Of a stretch of DNA of 64,000 nucleotides, positions 12,246 to 22,309 are shown piece after piece. The position numbers and the translations under genes were made by a program. The notes under the pieces were generated by a model. It was given only the letters and a program-made list of their open reading frames with translations. It ran no database searches and had not been told where the DNA came from. Numbering within the stretch: the stretch's first letter is position 1; each line of letters starts with the position of its first letter. The stretch is from an uncultured Candidatus Rokubacteria bacterium (lineage in GTDB: Bacteria > Methylomirabilota > Methylomirabilia > Rokubacteriales > CSP1-6), in NCBI GenBank assembly GCA_963758635.1, contig CAVWWD010000003.1:1-64000 (forward strand), read 5' to 3'.

Positions 12246-13174
12246 AGACGGTCGCGGAACCGACCCCGGTCGCCCTGGTCGACGCGGCGGCGCCCGGCGT
12301 GCCCCAGGCGAGGGGCCGCATGCGTCGTCATCGCAGCATCGTCATCGGGGGCGCGATCCTCGGCGCGATGGTCCTCATGGCCCTCCTTGCGCCGGCCCTC
12401 GGCACCGTCGATCCCGCGCAGATCGATCCGGTCGCGCGCAACCGGCGGCCCGGCGCCGAGCGCACCGTGCGCAACGCCGATGGGACGCAGAGCACGCTCA
12501 AGCACTGGATGGGCACGGACAGCCTCGGCCGCGACGTTTACAGCCGCGTCGTGTACGGCGCACGCGTCTCGCTGATCGTCGGGGCCACGGTGGCCCTGAT
12601 CAGCAGCCTGGTCGGGCTCGTGATCGGCATCCTGGCCGGCTACCTGCGGTGGCTCGACAACCTCGTGATGCGGATCATGGACGGGCTCATGTCGATTCCC
12701 GCGGTCCTGCTCGCGATCGGGCTCGTCTCGGTCTCACGCGCGGGCCTGCACAGCGTGATCCTCGCCATCGTCATTCCCGAGGTCCCGCGTGTCGTCCGCC
12801 TCGTGCGCTCGGTCGTGCTCTCGGTGCGCGAGGAGCCGTACGTCGAGGCGGCGATCGCGCTCGGAGCGCGGCTGCCGCGGCTGCTCGTCTTCCACGTCAT
12901 GCCGCGGACGATCGCGCCGCTGATCGTCCAGGCGACCTTCGTCTGCGCGTCCGCCATCATCGTCGAGGCGATCCTGAGCTTCCTCGGTGTCGGCATTCCG
13001 CCGGAGACGCCGACGTGGGGCAACATCATGGCGGAGGGCCGCGCGCTGTTCCGCATCTTCCCGCACAACATCCTCTTCCCCGGCATCTTCCTCGCCGTCA
13101 CCGTGCTGGCCGTCAACATGCTCGGCGACGGGCTGCGCGACACGCTCGATCCACGGGTCCGGAAGCGGCGCTGA
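12242..13174 (+). CDS. peptide ABC transporter permease (DppC/OppC-like)
   Basis: HWMGTDSLGRDVYSRVVYGARVSL, EAILSFLGVG, GDGLRDTLDPR; overlaps upstream stop. Confidence 0.93.
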   Translation: MKTVAEPTPVALVDAAAPGVPQARGRMRRHRSIVIGGAILGAMVLMALLAPALGTVDPAQIDPVARNRRPGAERTVRNADGTQSTLKHWMGTDSLGRDVYSRVVYGARVSLIVGATVALISSLVGLVIGILAGYLRWLDNLVMRIMDGLMSIPAVLLAIGLVSVSRAGLHSVILAIVIPEVPRVVRLVRSVVLSVREEPYVEAAIALGARLPRLLVFHVMPRTIAPLIVQATFVCASAIIVEAILSFLGVGIPPETPTWGNIMAEGRALFRIFPHNILFPGIFLAVTVLAVNMLGDGLRDTLDPRVRKRR

Positions 13175-13296
13175 GCTCACGAGCACGCTTGCGGCCTGCG
13201 TCGGCGGCGGTTGAAGCCGCCTTCAGTAGGCGGTTGCTCAGGAAGAAGGCGATGGTCGCCCCACGGAGCCTGACCGAGGCGCCGTGGATCTCGTGG

Positions 13297-15180
13297 TCAT
13301 GATGGTGCCGCGTCCGGACGGCCGGCTATGTCGGCCAGCGCGCGATCCAGCGCTTCCGGGTCGAGCTGCGCGGCCTGCGCGTGGAGCACCTCAACCGCGA
13401 GCTGGGCCACGGTACGCCCCTCCAGGAGATGCACCACCGGCGGCTCGACGCTGCACGCCTCGACGATCCGCCCAAGAATGCGGGATGCCCGCAGCGAGTC
13501 CCCTCCGAGGTCGAGGAAGTCGTCCTCGACCCCGACGCCCTCGATCTCCAGCACCTCTTCCCACACCCGGGCGATCCGTGCCTCTGTCGGATTCCGCGGC
13601 GCCACGAACGGCTGGTCGAGCGCGGGGCGGACGCACGGTGGAGGCGGGAGCGCCGGCCGATCGACCTTGCCGCTGAGCGTGCGGGGGAGCGTATCGACGA
13701 GCACAAACGCACGCGGCACCATGTAGACGGGCAGCGTCCGCGCGAGCGCCGCGCGGAGGGCGCTCACCGTCGGCGTGGGGCGGCCCGTCGCGACGACGTA
13801 CGCTACCAGGCTGCCCTCGCCCGTCTGCCCGCGGTCCGCCGCGACGAACGCGTCCGCTACCTCCGCAAGGGCCAGGAGCGCCATCTCCACCTCTGCCGTC
13901 TCGACACGGTAGCCCCGGATCTTCACCTGCGCGTCCTTCCGCCCCAGGTGGACGAGGCACCCGTCCTCGCGCTGCCGGCCGACGTCCCCCGTGAGGTAGA
14001 TCCGCGCGCTCCCACCCGTGGGATCCGGAAGGAACACGGCGTCGGTCAGCTCCGGCTTCCGCCAGTAGCCCGGGGAGAGGTACTCGCTCTGCACCGCGAT
14101 CTCGCCGGCCTCGCCGGGCGGCACGGAGCGGCGCTCTTCGTCCAGGATCAGCACCGTCTTGCCGACGACGGGATGGCCGACGGGCACGGTGGCGCCGTCC
14201 AGCGCGGTGTGCCGGTCCACGAAATACTGCGCGATCATCCGCGCCTCCGTGCACCCCATCGCGTTCTGCAGCACGCAGCCGGGCGAGAAATGCTCGCGGA
14301 AGAGGTCCACGTCGCGCCGCGTGATCACCTCGCCGCCGAGCATGACGAGCCGCATCGCCGGCAGCGCATCGGCGGCGGAGAGCATCGCGGCGACCTGCCG
14401 GAAGGCCGAGACGCTGAAATCGCAAAGGGTGATCGCGCGCTCGTCGAGCCAGCGCGGCAGGCCGGCGAGCCCGTTCGCCCGGATGTCGAACAGCCAGACG
14501 GACGCGGCGTTGAGCAAGGCCCCGAAGATCGAGGACACGGACGCGCTGGAACTGCACGAGAACAGGAGCCCGTAGCGATCGTCGGCGTGGACTCCCAGGT
14601 CCTGCGCGTGGCGCCCGACGTCGACAACCACATTCCGGTGGCGATGCGGGACGCCCTTGGGCTCGCCGGTGGACCCCGAGGTGTACAGGAGGTAGCAGAG
14701 CGCGTCCGCCGGTATGGGCATGGCGGGTGCGGGCGCCGGCGCACCGCTCGCGAGCGCGTCGAGGTCGATGATGTCGGGTCGCGGCGTCGCCAGCGAGGCC
14801 AGGCGCGGCGCGTGACGGACATCGGTCACGATCGCCCGCGCCTGCGCGTCATCGAGCAGGTGAGCGATCCGCTCCTCGGGCAGCGCCGAGTCGAGCGGCA
14901 CGTAGATCTTCCCCGCCTTCAGCACGCCCCAGATGGCGGCGATCATCCTCGCCTCGTGCCCGAGCAGCAGGCCCACGGTCTCCTGGCGTTCCGGGCTCAC
15001 CGCGAGGAGCGCGCGGGCAATGTGATTCGCCTCGCGGTCGAGCTGGGCGTACGTGAGGGTGCGGGCTGCGTCGCCGACGGCCACGCGGTCGGGGCCGCGC
15101 GCGACGAGGCGCTCGAATCGGTCGACCAGCGACCCGTCGGGCTCGCGCGCGTCGAACGACAAAGGGGCCATCCCGCTCAT
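13297..15180 (-). CDS. stand-alone NRPS-like adenylation + carrier (A-PCP) didomain protein
   Basis: A3 YLLYTSGSTGEPKG, A7 YLTGD, A8 GRKDAQVKIRGYRVE, A10 SGKVDR; PCP DFLDLGGDSL; no C or TE domain. Confidence 0.9.
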   Translation of the reverse strand: MSGMAPLSFDAREPDGSLVDRFERLVARGPDRVAVGDAARTLTYAQLDREANHIARALLAVSPERQETVGLLLGHEARMIAAIWGVLKAGKIYVPLDSALPEERIAHLLDDAQARAIVTDVRHAPRLASLATPRPDIIDLDALASGAPAPAPAMPIPADALCYLLYTSGSTGEPKGVPHRHRNVVVDVGRHAQDLGVHADDRYGLLFSCSSSASVSSIFGALLNAASVWLFDIRANGLAGLPRWLDERAITLCDFSVSAFRQVAAMLSAADALPAMRLVMLGGEVITRRDVDLFREHFSPGCVLQNAMGCTEARMIAQYFVDRHTALDGATVPVGHPVVGKTVLILDEERRSVPPGEAGEIAVQSEYLSPGYWRKPELTDAVFLPDPTGGSARIYLTGDVGRQREDGCLVHLGRKDAQVKIRGYRVETAEVEMALLALAEVADAFVAADRGQTGEGSLVAYVVATGRPTPTVSALRAALARTLPVYMVPRAFVLVDTLPRTLSGKVDRPALPPPPCVRPALDQPFVAPRNPTEARIARVWEEVLEIEGVGVEDDFLDLGGDSLRASRILGRIVEACSVEPPVVHLLEGRTVAQLAVEVLHAQAAQLDPEALDRALADIAGRPDAAPS

Positions 15181-15372
15181 CGCCTCACCCGAGAGGCTGG
15201 GTCATGAAGGTGCGGCTGACGCCCGGCGGACTGCACGGACGGGTTCGGAACACGCAGCGCCCGTAGCGCTCGCAAAGCGCGGGCCTGAAGCGCTTCCGCT
15301 GTCAACCTCTAGCATCGATGCGATGCGCATCCTGGCTGGCCAGAGCGGAGTCCCTCGGCTCAGCGGGGTCAC

Positions 15373-15393
15373 GCTAGCTTAGCTTAAGCTAGC
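15373..15393. promoter_or_regulatory. palindrome, candidate operator between divergent A-PCP and VOC genes
   Basis: GCTAGCTTA-GCT-TAAGCTAGC, perfect 9-bp arms, AT-rich relative to surroundings. Confidence 0.35.
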
Positions 15394-15498
15394 CCGGGCG
15401 GAATTTCTCGGCCCCGGGCTGCGAAGGGGCTCGGGCTCGCGATCGGTGCTGGCGCAGGGGGACGAGTTCATCCAGTGAACGATCATGTGGAGGTGTCC

Positions 15499-15900
15499 AT
15501 GGATCCGATCGAGGTGAAGCAGGTCAAGGAGATCATCCTGGTGAGCGACGATGTGCACGCGAGCCGCCGCCTGTACCGCGACGTGCTCGGGCTCGCCATG
15601 CCGGCGGCGCCGGACCGGCTCAACCTGGGACGTGTCGGATCGCAGTACCTGGGCGTGTCGCAGGTCGGAACGATGACTCATCCCGGGTTCGCCGGCCGTG
15701 TCCACCTGGGCCTGGAGATCGCGCCGGCCGACTTCGAGCGGGCGGTCGACCACCTGCGGCGCCACGGCATTCAGGTGTCGATCCGCGCTCAGCAGCCGGG
15801 GTACATGGACACGCCCGAGGGCGTGGGCGCCTACTTCCTGGACCCCGACGCGAACCTGATCGAGCTCTGGGCGCCGCGGTCCGCGCCGGCATCGACGTGA
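15499..15900 (+). CDS. VOC/glyoxalase family protein
   Basis: GGAGG RBS; LYRDVLGL, HLGLEI, YFLDPDANLIEL. Confidence 0.85.
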   Translation: MDPIEVKQVKEIILVSDDVHASRRLYRDVLGLAMPAAPDRLNLGRVGSQYLGVSQVGTMTHPGFAGRVHLGLEIAPADFERAVDHLRRHGIQVSIRAQQPGYMDTPEGVGAYFLDPDANLIELWAPRSAPAST

Positions 15901-15924
15901 GGCGGCCTTGATCTCCAGGCTTGC

Positions 15925-17244
15925 TCAGAACTCGCGCAGGTGCTCGCGCAACGTCGTCCCGGTGTACTCCGTGCGGACGACCCCGCGCTTCTGGAGCAGC
16001 GGGATGACCTGCTCCACGAACGGGCGAACGTAGCCCGGCCAGATGCCCTGGCGAATCGCGAAGCCGTCGCCGCCGACGGCGTCGATCGTCTCCGCGAGCT
16101 CGTCGGCGACGCGCTCCGGCGTTCCGATGTACGGCTTCGAGTCGATGCTGACCTTGCGCGTGGCGATGTCGCGCAGCGTCGGCGTCCGCCCCGACAGGTA
16201 GAAACGGTCGAGCTGGCTGCGGATTCCCTGGATCGCGCGCGTCTCGATGGCGCCGGGCAGGGGCTTGTCGAGGTCGAACGTCGACAGGTCAGTCTGCAGC
16301 ATGGTCGAGAGCGCCGCGAGGCCCGCCTCGACGGGCGCGCTCGCATACAACTCGTCCGCCCGCCGCCGGGCCGCCTCGTCGGTCTCGCCGATGATCGGCT
16401 TGGTCAAGAAGAACACCTTGCAGTCGTCCGGGTCCCGCCCCTGCTGACGGACACGCGCCTTGAACTGGTCGTAGTACTGCTTCATCTCGCCCGTGGTCTC
16501 CCGCGAGACGATCACGGCCTCGGCGTGGCGGGCGGCGAAATCCTGCCCGCGATCGGACGCGCCGGCCTGGATGATGACCGGCCGGCCCTGCGGCGACGGC
16601 GTGGCGTTCAAGGGACCGCGAGACCGGTAGTAGGTGCCGTCGAAGTCGATCGGCCGCACCTTGGACGCGTCCGCGAACGTGTTCGTGCGCGTGTCCATCA
16701 CCACGGCGTCGGGGTCCCAGCTCGACCAGAGCTTGTAGCACAGCTCCATGTACTCGTCCGCGCGATCGTACCGTTGGTCGTGATCGAGCAGTTCCTGGTA
16801 CCCGAAGTTCAGCGCCTCCTCGACCTTGTACAACGTCACGACGTTCCAGGCGATGCGCCCACGGCTCAAGTGATCGAGCGTCGTCATCAACCGCGCGAGC
16901 AGGAATGGCGGATAGAACGTCGTCGACAGCGTGGCCGCGAGGCCAATCCGGCGCGTCACCGCGGCCATGATCGCCACGAGCGGGCCCGGATCGTGAAACG
17001 GCGCGTGCTCGGCGTAGCGGAGATAGGCGTCCATCCGCCCCTGGTATGTCGCGGGCACGGCGAGGCTGTCGCCAAGCATGATCAGGTCGAACTTGGCGCG
17101 CTCGAGCGCGACGGCCATGTCTTGCCAGAGCTCCGGCCGGTTCCACTCGTATCCGGTGCCTGTCCGCGGACCGGCCCAGCCGTCGAGGCCGAAGCCCGCG
17201 TGCGGGCTGAACGCGCAGAACCACATCAAGTGCATTTTCGTCAT
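15925..17244 (-). CDS. NtaA/DmoA/DszA-family FMN-dependent monooxygenase (LLM class)
   Basis: LERAKFDLIMLGDSL, TLDHLSRGRIAWNVVT, PSPQGRPVIIQAGASDRGQDFAARHAE, EYTGTTLREHL. Confidence 0.92.
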   Translation of the reverse strand: MTKMHLMWFCAFSPHAGFGLDGWAGPRTGTGYEWNRPELWQDMAVALERAKFDLIMLGDSLAVPATYQGRMDAYLRYAEHAPFHDPGPLVAIMAAVTRRIGLAATLSTTFYPPFLLARLMTTLDHLSRGRIAWNVVTLYKVEEALNFGYQELLDHDQRYDRADEYMELCYKLWSSWDPDAVVMDTRTNTFADASKVRPIDFDGTYYRSRGPLNATPSPQGRPVIIQAGASDRGQDFAARHAEAVIVSRETTGEMKQYYDQFKARVRQQGRDPDDCKVFFLTKPIIGETDEAARRRADELYASAPVEAGLAALSTMLQTDLSTFDLDKPLPGAIETRAIQGIRSQLDRFYLSGRTPTLRDIATRKVSIDSKPYIGTPERVADELAETIDAVGGDGFAIRQGIWPGYVRPFVEQVIPLLQKRGVVRTEYTGTTLREHLREF

Positions 17245-17308
17245 GGTCGCTGCGGGCTAAGGCCACGCTCCGGTGAGAAGGGCTCGTGGGCGAACGGACT
17301 CGGAGCCC

Positions 17309-18253
17309 TCAGCCGGCTGCAGCTGTGAGCTCCGTCTCGACCGCCAAGATGGGCTCCCCTTTGATGGCGAGCGAGGGGCGACCATCCACCCCTACGGGCA
17401 CGTCCCCCACGAGCGTGATCCGGTAGAGCTGGCGATCGAAGTCCGAATCGAAGATGTCGGTCGGCGCCAGGTGCGACGTCGCGCGGTTGTCCCACATGGC
17501 GATGTCGCCTGCCTCCCACTTGAACCGCACCGTGTACTCGGGGCGCACGACATGCTCCCAGAGCAGCTCGAGCATCATCTCGCTCTCGCGGGCAGTGAGG
17601 CCGACGATCGCCTTCAGGAAAGACGGACTGACGTACAGGACACGCTCGCCCGTCTCGGGATGCACGCGCACGATCGGGTGCTCGGTCTCCATCTCCCGGC
17701 GGCGAACGCTCTCGTCGTAGGCCTGGCTCTTGGTGGTCCCGGCGGGCGCCTGGAATCGATGGACACCGCGTAGCCCGTCGACGATGCCACGCATCGTCTC
17801 CGAGAGGCCCTGGTAGGCCACCGCGAGATTGGTCCAGAACGTGTCGCCGCCGTAGGGCGGAATGGTCACGCCGCGCAGGATGGAAGCCTTGGGAGGATTC
17901 AACGCGGCGGTGATGTCCGTATGCCAACCTGTCCACGGTCGCTGCGGGCGCGCGCCACGATTGGTCTGAGCCGTGCGGAACTTGGCGACCGAGTAGATCT
18001 CGGGGAAATCCTCGATATGGCCGAACACAGCGTGTCCGATGGTCGGCTGGCCCATCTGGCGCGCAAAGGCGACGTGGCCCTGGTGATCGAGGTGCTGGCT
18101 CCGGAAGAACACGACCTTCCAGCGCAAGAGGGCGTCATTGACTGCCTTCCGCGTCGCCGCGTCGAGCGGCCGACCGAGATCGACACCCGAGATGTCGGCA
18201 CCGATGTGCAGCGCGAGAGGCTTCACCTCGATCGTGCGCGTCAGGTCAGCCAT
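17309..18253 (-). CDS. TauD/TfdA family Fe(II)/2-oxoglutarate dioxygenase
   Basis: GAGGAG RBS before ATG 18253; WHTDIT (HxD), GGDTFW, HPIVRVHPETGE, WDNRATSH. Confidence 0.93.
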   Translation of the reverse strand: MADLTRTIEVKPLALHIGADISGVDLGRPLDAATRKAVNDALLRWKVVFFRSQHLDHQGHVAFARQMGQPTIGHAVFGHIEDFPEIYSVAKFRTAQTNRGARPQRPWTGWHTDITAALNPPKASILRGVTIPPYGGDTFWTNLAVAYQGLSETMRGIVDGLRGVHRFQAPAGTTKSQAYDESVRRREMETEHPIVRVHPETGERVLYVSPSFLKAIVGLTARESEMMLELLWEHVVRPEYTVRFKWEAGDIAMWDNRATSHLAPTDIFDSDFDRQLYRITLVGDVPVGVDGRPSLAIKGEPILAVETELTAAAG

Positions 18254-18354
18254 GGTTCGACTCCTCGACGGTATGTTGTGAGGGCGCACTCCAGATCCGC
18301 TCCCTACTAACGGCGCGGACAATCGTCGTGTCAAGGGGATTTTCCCCGGGACGC

Positions 18355-18450
18355 GAGCGCACGAGCTTCTTCGATGAACTGGCAGGTGGCGAGATCGAAG
18401 ATCTGGGCCTTGTCGAGCTCTGGGTAGAAGCTGGAGCCGAAGCCCTTCGC
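18355..18450 (-). pseudogene. IS21-family IstB ATPase fragment
   Basis: FYPELDKAQIFDLATCQFIEEAR resembles the IstB segment before Walker A. Confidence 0.5.
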
Positions 18451-18520
18451 CGCAAACAGCGACGCCCTGGCGGCCCCGCGGATCCACATCGATTGCGCGC
18501 CGTACGCTCGATGAGCTGTT

Positions 18521-18714
18521 CACCGGCTCGACGAGCAGGCGCAGGCGCTCGAAGCGACGATGGGGCAGGGGGACGCGGGGGTGGTTCAGGCGGCAGGGGC
18601 GCCGATCGAGCGCAACCCGACGCAACCCCCGCGCAACCAGGGGCCCCCTGAAAAGCAACGCGGGGTCACGAGTCGCCCCGTAACCCCGCGGAAGAAAATG
18701 GTGGAGCTGAGGGG
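18521..18714. repeat. att module 3: integrase tail, three CGCAACC boxes, hairpin, 16-bp tRNA-Ala 3' end copy (18699-18714)
   Basis: RLDEQAQALEATMGQG matches tail of the 32951 integrase stub; CGCAACC at 18611, 18621, 18632; TGGTGGAGCTGAGGGG. Confidence 0.85.
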
Positions 18715-18899
18715 AGTTGGACTTGAGAGAACACCCGTAAGTACCACCGAACACGAGGTTCTCCCTCTTCCGCCCTCTGGGCGGGGCCGCAGGAGTGGGA
18801 GCTGACAACCTGCCATAGGCTGTGACAACATCAGCCGTCTTCGTGATCGTCGAATTGTCGTGTGTTGAGGTCGTCCTGGGTGTCGGTGGTGTGGTCCTG

Positions 18900-20310
18900 G
18901 GGGCTTCTCTTTTAAAAAGAGGATCGATCATGAAGGGGTGGGGGGTGTGGAGGGGGAGTGGGGGTGGGAGGGGGGGGGATGAGGAGGAAGGGGGTGGTGG
19001 GTAGGTAGATAGGTGGTGGAGAGGGGTGGGGTGGGAGGTGTGAGTTGGAGCTGGGGGAGATGTAGGGAGGAGTGAGTGCTGAGGGTGGGTAGTGAGGTGG
19101 CACGACAGAGGGCGACTCGTTGAGCTCGGCAGGGTCTTCTCTGGGGGCGCAAGATGAAGGGTAGAGGGGGGAGATAGGGTGAGGTGGTGCGAGGGGGTGT
19201 AGTGGGTGTGGGGTGTAAGGTGAGCTGGAGTTTGGGGTTGTGGGGAGTGTGGGTAGATATAGGGAGCGCAGGTATGGGGATGTAAGTATGGAGAAGGGTG
19301 ATAGGGCGATGGGAGCAGCGCTGCGCGGGGGAGTGCGAGGGAGCAGCGTAGCGATTGATGGGTAGTGGCGCGCGCGGGGGAGCAGGGCGCAGTGCGTGGA
19401 GAAGGGGGTATGCGGACTAGCGGCAGCGCGGGAAGCGGGGCGGAGGGTGATGATGCGCAGAAAGGGCGCTTGCTTGGAGTGTGGAATTGCGGGGGGTTGA
19501 GCGCAGGATGTGGGGTTGGGAGATGGCGAGCAGGGGATAGTAGCTGGGGTTTGCGATGATGGGATTGAAGCGCGAAGGCAGGGAGCTGCGCGGTGCGCGA
19601 GGTGCGTGAATGATGTAGCGCGGGAGGGGGGATGGGTGGTGAAGGTGTGGTGAGCTGGAAGCGGAGCAGGGTGGTGGGTAAACTGCGGAGCAGTTGCATG
19701 TGCGGGGGTGGGGATGCGCACACAGAAGCGCGCGATAGCGGATGCTGGAGATAGCGCAGGTGCTCAGCCGGGGCGCGTGTAGAGCAGCGCAGCAAGCAGG
19801 GGAGCGGACGTATCACGGTGCGGCACAGGGGCAGCGGCTCGGCACTCGCTGTGCAGGTAGCGGCGGAGCAACTAACGCTGAACGAGTAGCGCTTGGTCAC
19901 GAACTGAGTGCAGCTTTGAGATCGGTGCAGGCTCGCTACGTTCAAACGCATCAGGGCGGCTCTGTGTGGGGGAGTAGCGTTGGTGCGTTTCTCCTTTCGA
20001 TCGCACAGGGGGCGTTCTGTTTCACGCAACGTCTCGATTCTTCATGCCTCAGTTATTTTCGGATTGGGGTTTAAAGGGTCGTGCTCACCAGTGGGTGTAG
20101 ACCGATCTGTGCGGCAGGCCTTCGAACGTCGACGTGCTGGCGTGCCTGGGCTGCGGTGGCCGGCTGCGGTTATCACCACGGTCGAGGACCCCGACGCGAT
20201 TCAGGTAATCCTGGACGCGGTTGCTGGGTCGCGAGAACTGGTAGGTCGCGCACGCCCGTTCGCGTCGTCGGCGATGAACCCCAGCCACGGGACGGCGGTC
20301 CGAGCCTGAG
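18900..20310 (+). mobile_element. IS91/ISCR-like (Y2 HUH) transposase remnant; most of it heavily corrupted
   Basis: readable C-terminus at ~20120-20230 (VDVLACLGCGGRLRL..TVEDPDAIQVIL) typical of IS91-like transposases; upstream ~1.2 kb is C-poor, G-rich and has only faint traces (GGRKM ~ GGRRM). Confidence 0.55.
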
Positions 20311-20830
20311 TCGCTTCTCGCACGCCGCGGCCGCACAGGCCTGTTCGCCCGTGCCGGCCACGATTCGATCACTCGGTGCGGTGTCAGAAATCCCTTGACT
20401 CTCTCGTTGTCCGCGCTGTACCTGGAGGAGGAACCGGGGGACTGGCAGCGCTAAGCTCGGTAGCTTGAGGCAGATCAGCGTTATCCGTGGGCACGATATT
20501 TCTCTGCTATCGTCGCGCCGACGCCGGCGGCTATGCCGGCAGGATTTTCGATCGATTGCGTGCGGAGTTCGGCACCGATGGCGTATTTCGCGATGTCGAT
20601 GTCATCGCGAGCGGCACGCATTTTCCCGAAGCGATTGCACGCGAGCTGCAGAGTTGTCGCGTCTTCATCCCGGTCGTCGGTCCAGGTTGGACGCGTGCGA
20701 CCGACGAGACGGGCGCACGCCGACTGGGCAACCCTCAGGATTGGGTGCGCACGGAAATCGCCAAGGCTTTGGAGCGCAAGGTCTGTGTTGTGCCGGTCAC
20801 GGTGGGCGGGGCGTCCGTGCCTTCGCCTAG

Positions 20831-22309
20831 TACTACCTGTGTTAGAAACCATCAACCCGTCCTCGGCTCGTGTCCGCACCATTGGCACGGCGTGGAGGCG
20901 AGCAGGGAGCGGGCGAGGAGGGCGTAGGCGGTGGTGATGGAGGTAGGCACATGGCGTTCAGGCCGCACCGGGAGCGCCCCGCGGCTTGAAACCTTTGGGA
21001 AGGGGAGCGGGGCGGAGGAAGGCCAGAGGCTCCGGGGGGGAAAGCCTCGCGCGCTCGGCGGCGAGGAAGGCATAGGCCGCGATGCATAAGGCGCCATGGT
21101 GATGGAAGCCGCGCCAGCCCGCCCCTCGAAGTGATCCAGTCCCAGCTCGTCCTTGAGTTCTTGGTAGTCGCGCTCGATCCGCCACCGCAGCTTGGCGAGG
21201 CGAATGAGGTCGACGAATGCGACGGTCTCCGGCAGCGTGGAGAGCCAGTATTTCGTCGGCGCGGGTTCGCCGCGCGGCCACTCGATGAGGAGCCATTCTT
21301 CGGGGCGCGGCGCCGTTCGATTCACGTCGCGATGCGCGGGCCGCACGCGCAACCGGGCGAAGCGGGAGCGCATGGCCCCGCGGCTGCCTTCCCGCCAGGT
21401 CAGCGTGCGCCAGGCCGTGGCCGGGAGCGCGGCGGCCAGCCGCTGATGACTCTGGGGCGCATGGCGCGGGGTGCGCCGCACGCGCGTCGGCGGCCGGCCG
21501 CGGCCGGCCCAGCGCTTCGGGGGCAAGGGGCCCGTGCCCGGCGGCCACGCCGTGGTCTCGCCCTTCACCCCGACGATGTACGCCAGCCCGGCGGCCGTCA
21601 GGGCCTCCCGAAACGCGGTGGTGTCGCCATAGCCGGCGTCGGCCACGACCGGCGCCGGCGCCAGCCCCGCCGCCTGCAGGGCGCGGATCTGATCGAGCGC
21701 GATCTGCCATTTGGGCTGAAACGCCACGGCGTCCGGCACACCCACCGCCCGCCGGCGGCGGCGATCTCGCGCCCAGGCTCTCCGGCAGGTAGAGTTGATA
21801 GGCGACCGGCAGACTCACGGTGTCGTTGGCCAGCGACACGCTCACCGCCACCTGGCAATTCTCCTGCTTGCCCAGCACCCCGCAGTACTGGCGGGCGACC
21901 CCCACCGAGTGCTGCCCCTTCTTCGGGAAGGCGGTGTCGTCCACGATCCACGCGGCCACGGGCCCATGGCGGGCCATGGGCTCTAGCACCCACTCGCGCG
22001 CGACCCGCAGCACTGCGGCGGCCTCCCAGGGCGCGTCGGCGATAAAGTGATGCATCGACTGGTGGCGGGACCGGACATGGCGTGGGTCCACCCGGGCGGC
22101 CATGGGCTCGATGCTCTTGCGGTCCCCCGGCAAACACAGGCCGGTGACATAGGCTCGGAGGGGATCATGCCGATCCTGGTGGCCGAGGGCACTGGCCAGC
22201 TGCTTCACATACGCGGCAAAGCGGTGGGCGCGAGCCGGCTCGGATGTGTGCATACGCCGAGACTGCCAGCGTACCCCATGATTCCCCTAACTTTTCTAAC
22301 ACAGTAGTA
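20831..22309 (-). mobile_element. IS701-family insertion sequence with terminal inverted repeats and CTAG target duplication
   Basis: CTAG at 20827-20830 and 22310-22313; ends TACTACCTGTGTTAGAAA and TTTCTAACACAGTAGTA; transposase motifs RKSIEPMA, IVDDTAFPKKG.HSVGVARQYCG.LGK..NCQ, VVADAGYG, RWRIERDYQELK. Confidence 0.93.
20958..22253 (-). CDS. IS701-family DDE transposase (two frameshifts in this sequence)
   Basis: N- and C-terminal parts in ORF 20958..22253, middle in ORF 20852..21745. Confidence 0.88.
   Translation of the reverse strand: MHTSEPARAHRFAAYVKQLASALGHQDRHDPLRAYVTGLCLPGDRKSIEPMAARVDPRHVRSRHQSMHHFIADAPWEAAAVLRVAREWVLEPMARHGPVAAWIVDDTAFPKKGQHSVGVARQYCGVLGKQENCQVAVSVSLANDTVSLPVAYQLYLPESLGARSPPPAGGGCAGRRGVSAQMADRARSDPRPAGGGAGAGAGRGRRRLWRHHRVSGGPDGRRAGVHRRGEGRDHGVAAGHGPLAPEALGRPRPAADARAAHPAPCAPESSAAGRRAPGHGLAHADLAGRQPRGHALPLRPVARAARASRRESNGAAPRRMAPHRVAARRTRADEILALHAAGDRRIRRPHSPRQAAVADRARLPRTQGRAGTGSLRGAGWRGFHHHGALCIAAYAFLAAERARLSPPEPLAFLRPAPLPKGFKPRGAPGAA

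Noticed and set aside
18699..18720. tmRNA 3' end (CAACTCCCCTCAGCTCCACCA)
   Set aside because: No tmRNA body or tag ORF adjacent; context matches the other tRNA-Ala att modules.
18254..20029. ~590-aa Pro/His/Thr-rich N-terminal extension of TauD in ORF 17309..20029
   Set aside because: It is the antisense read-through of the C-poor tract and att module; TauD has its own RBS and ATG at 18253.
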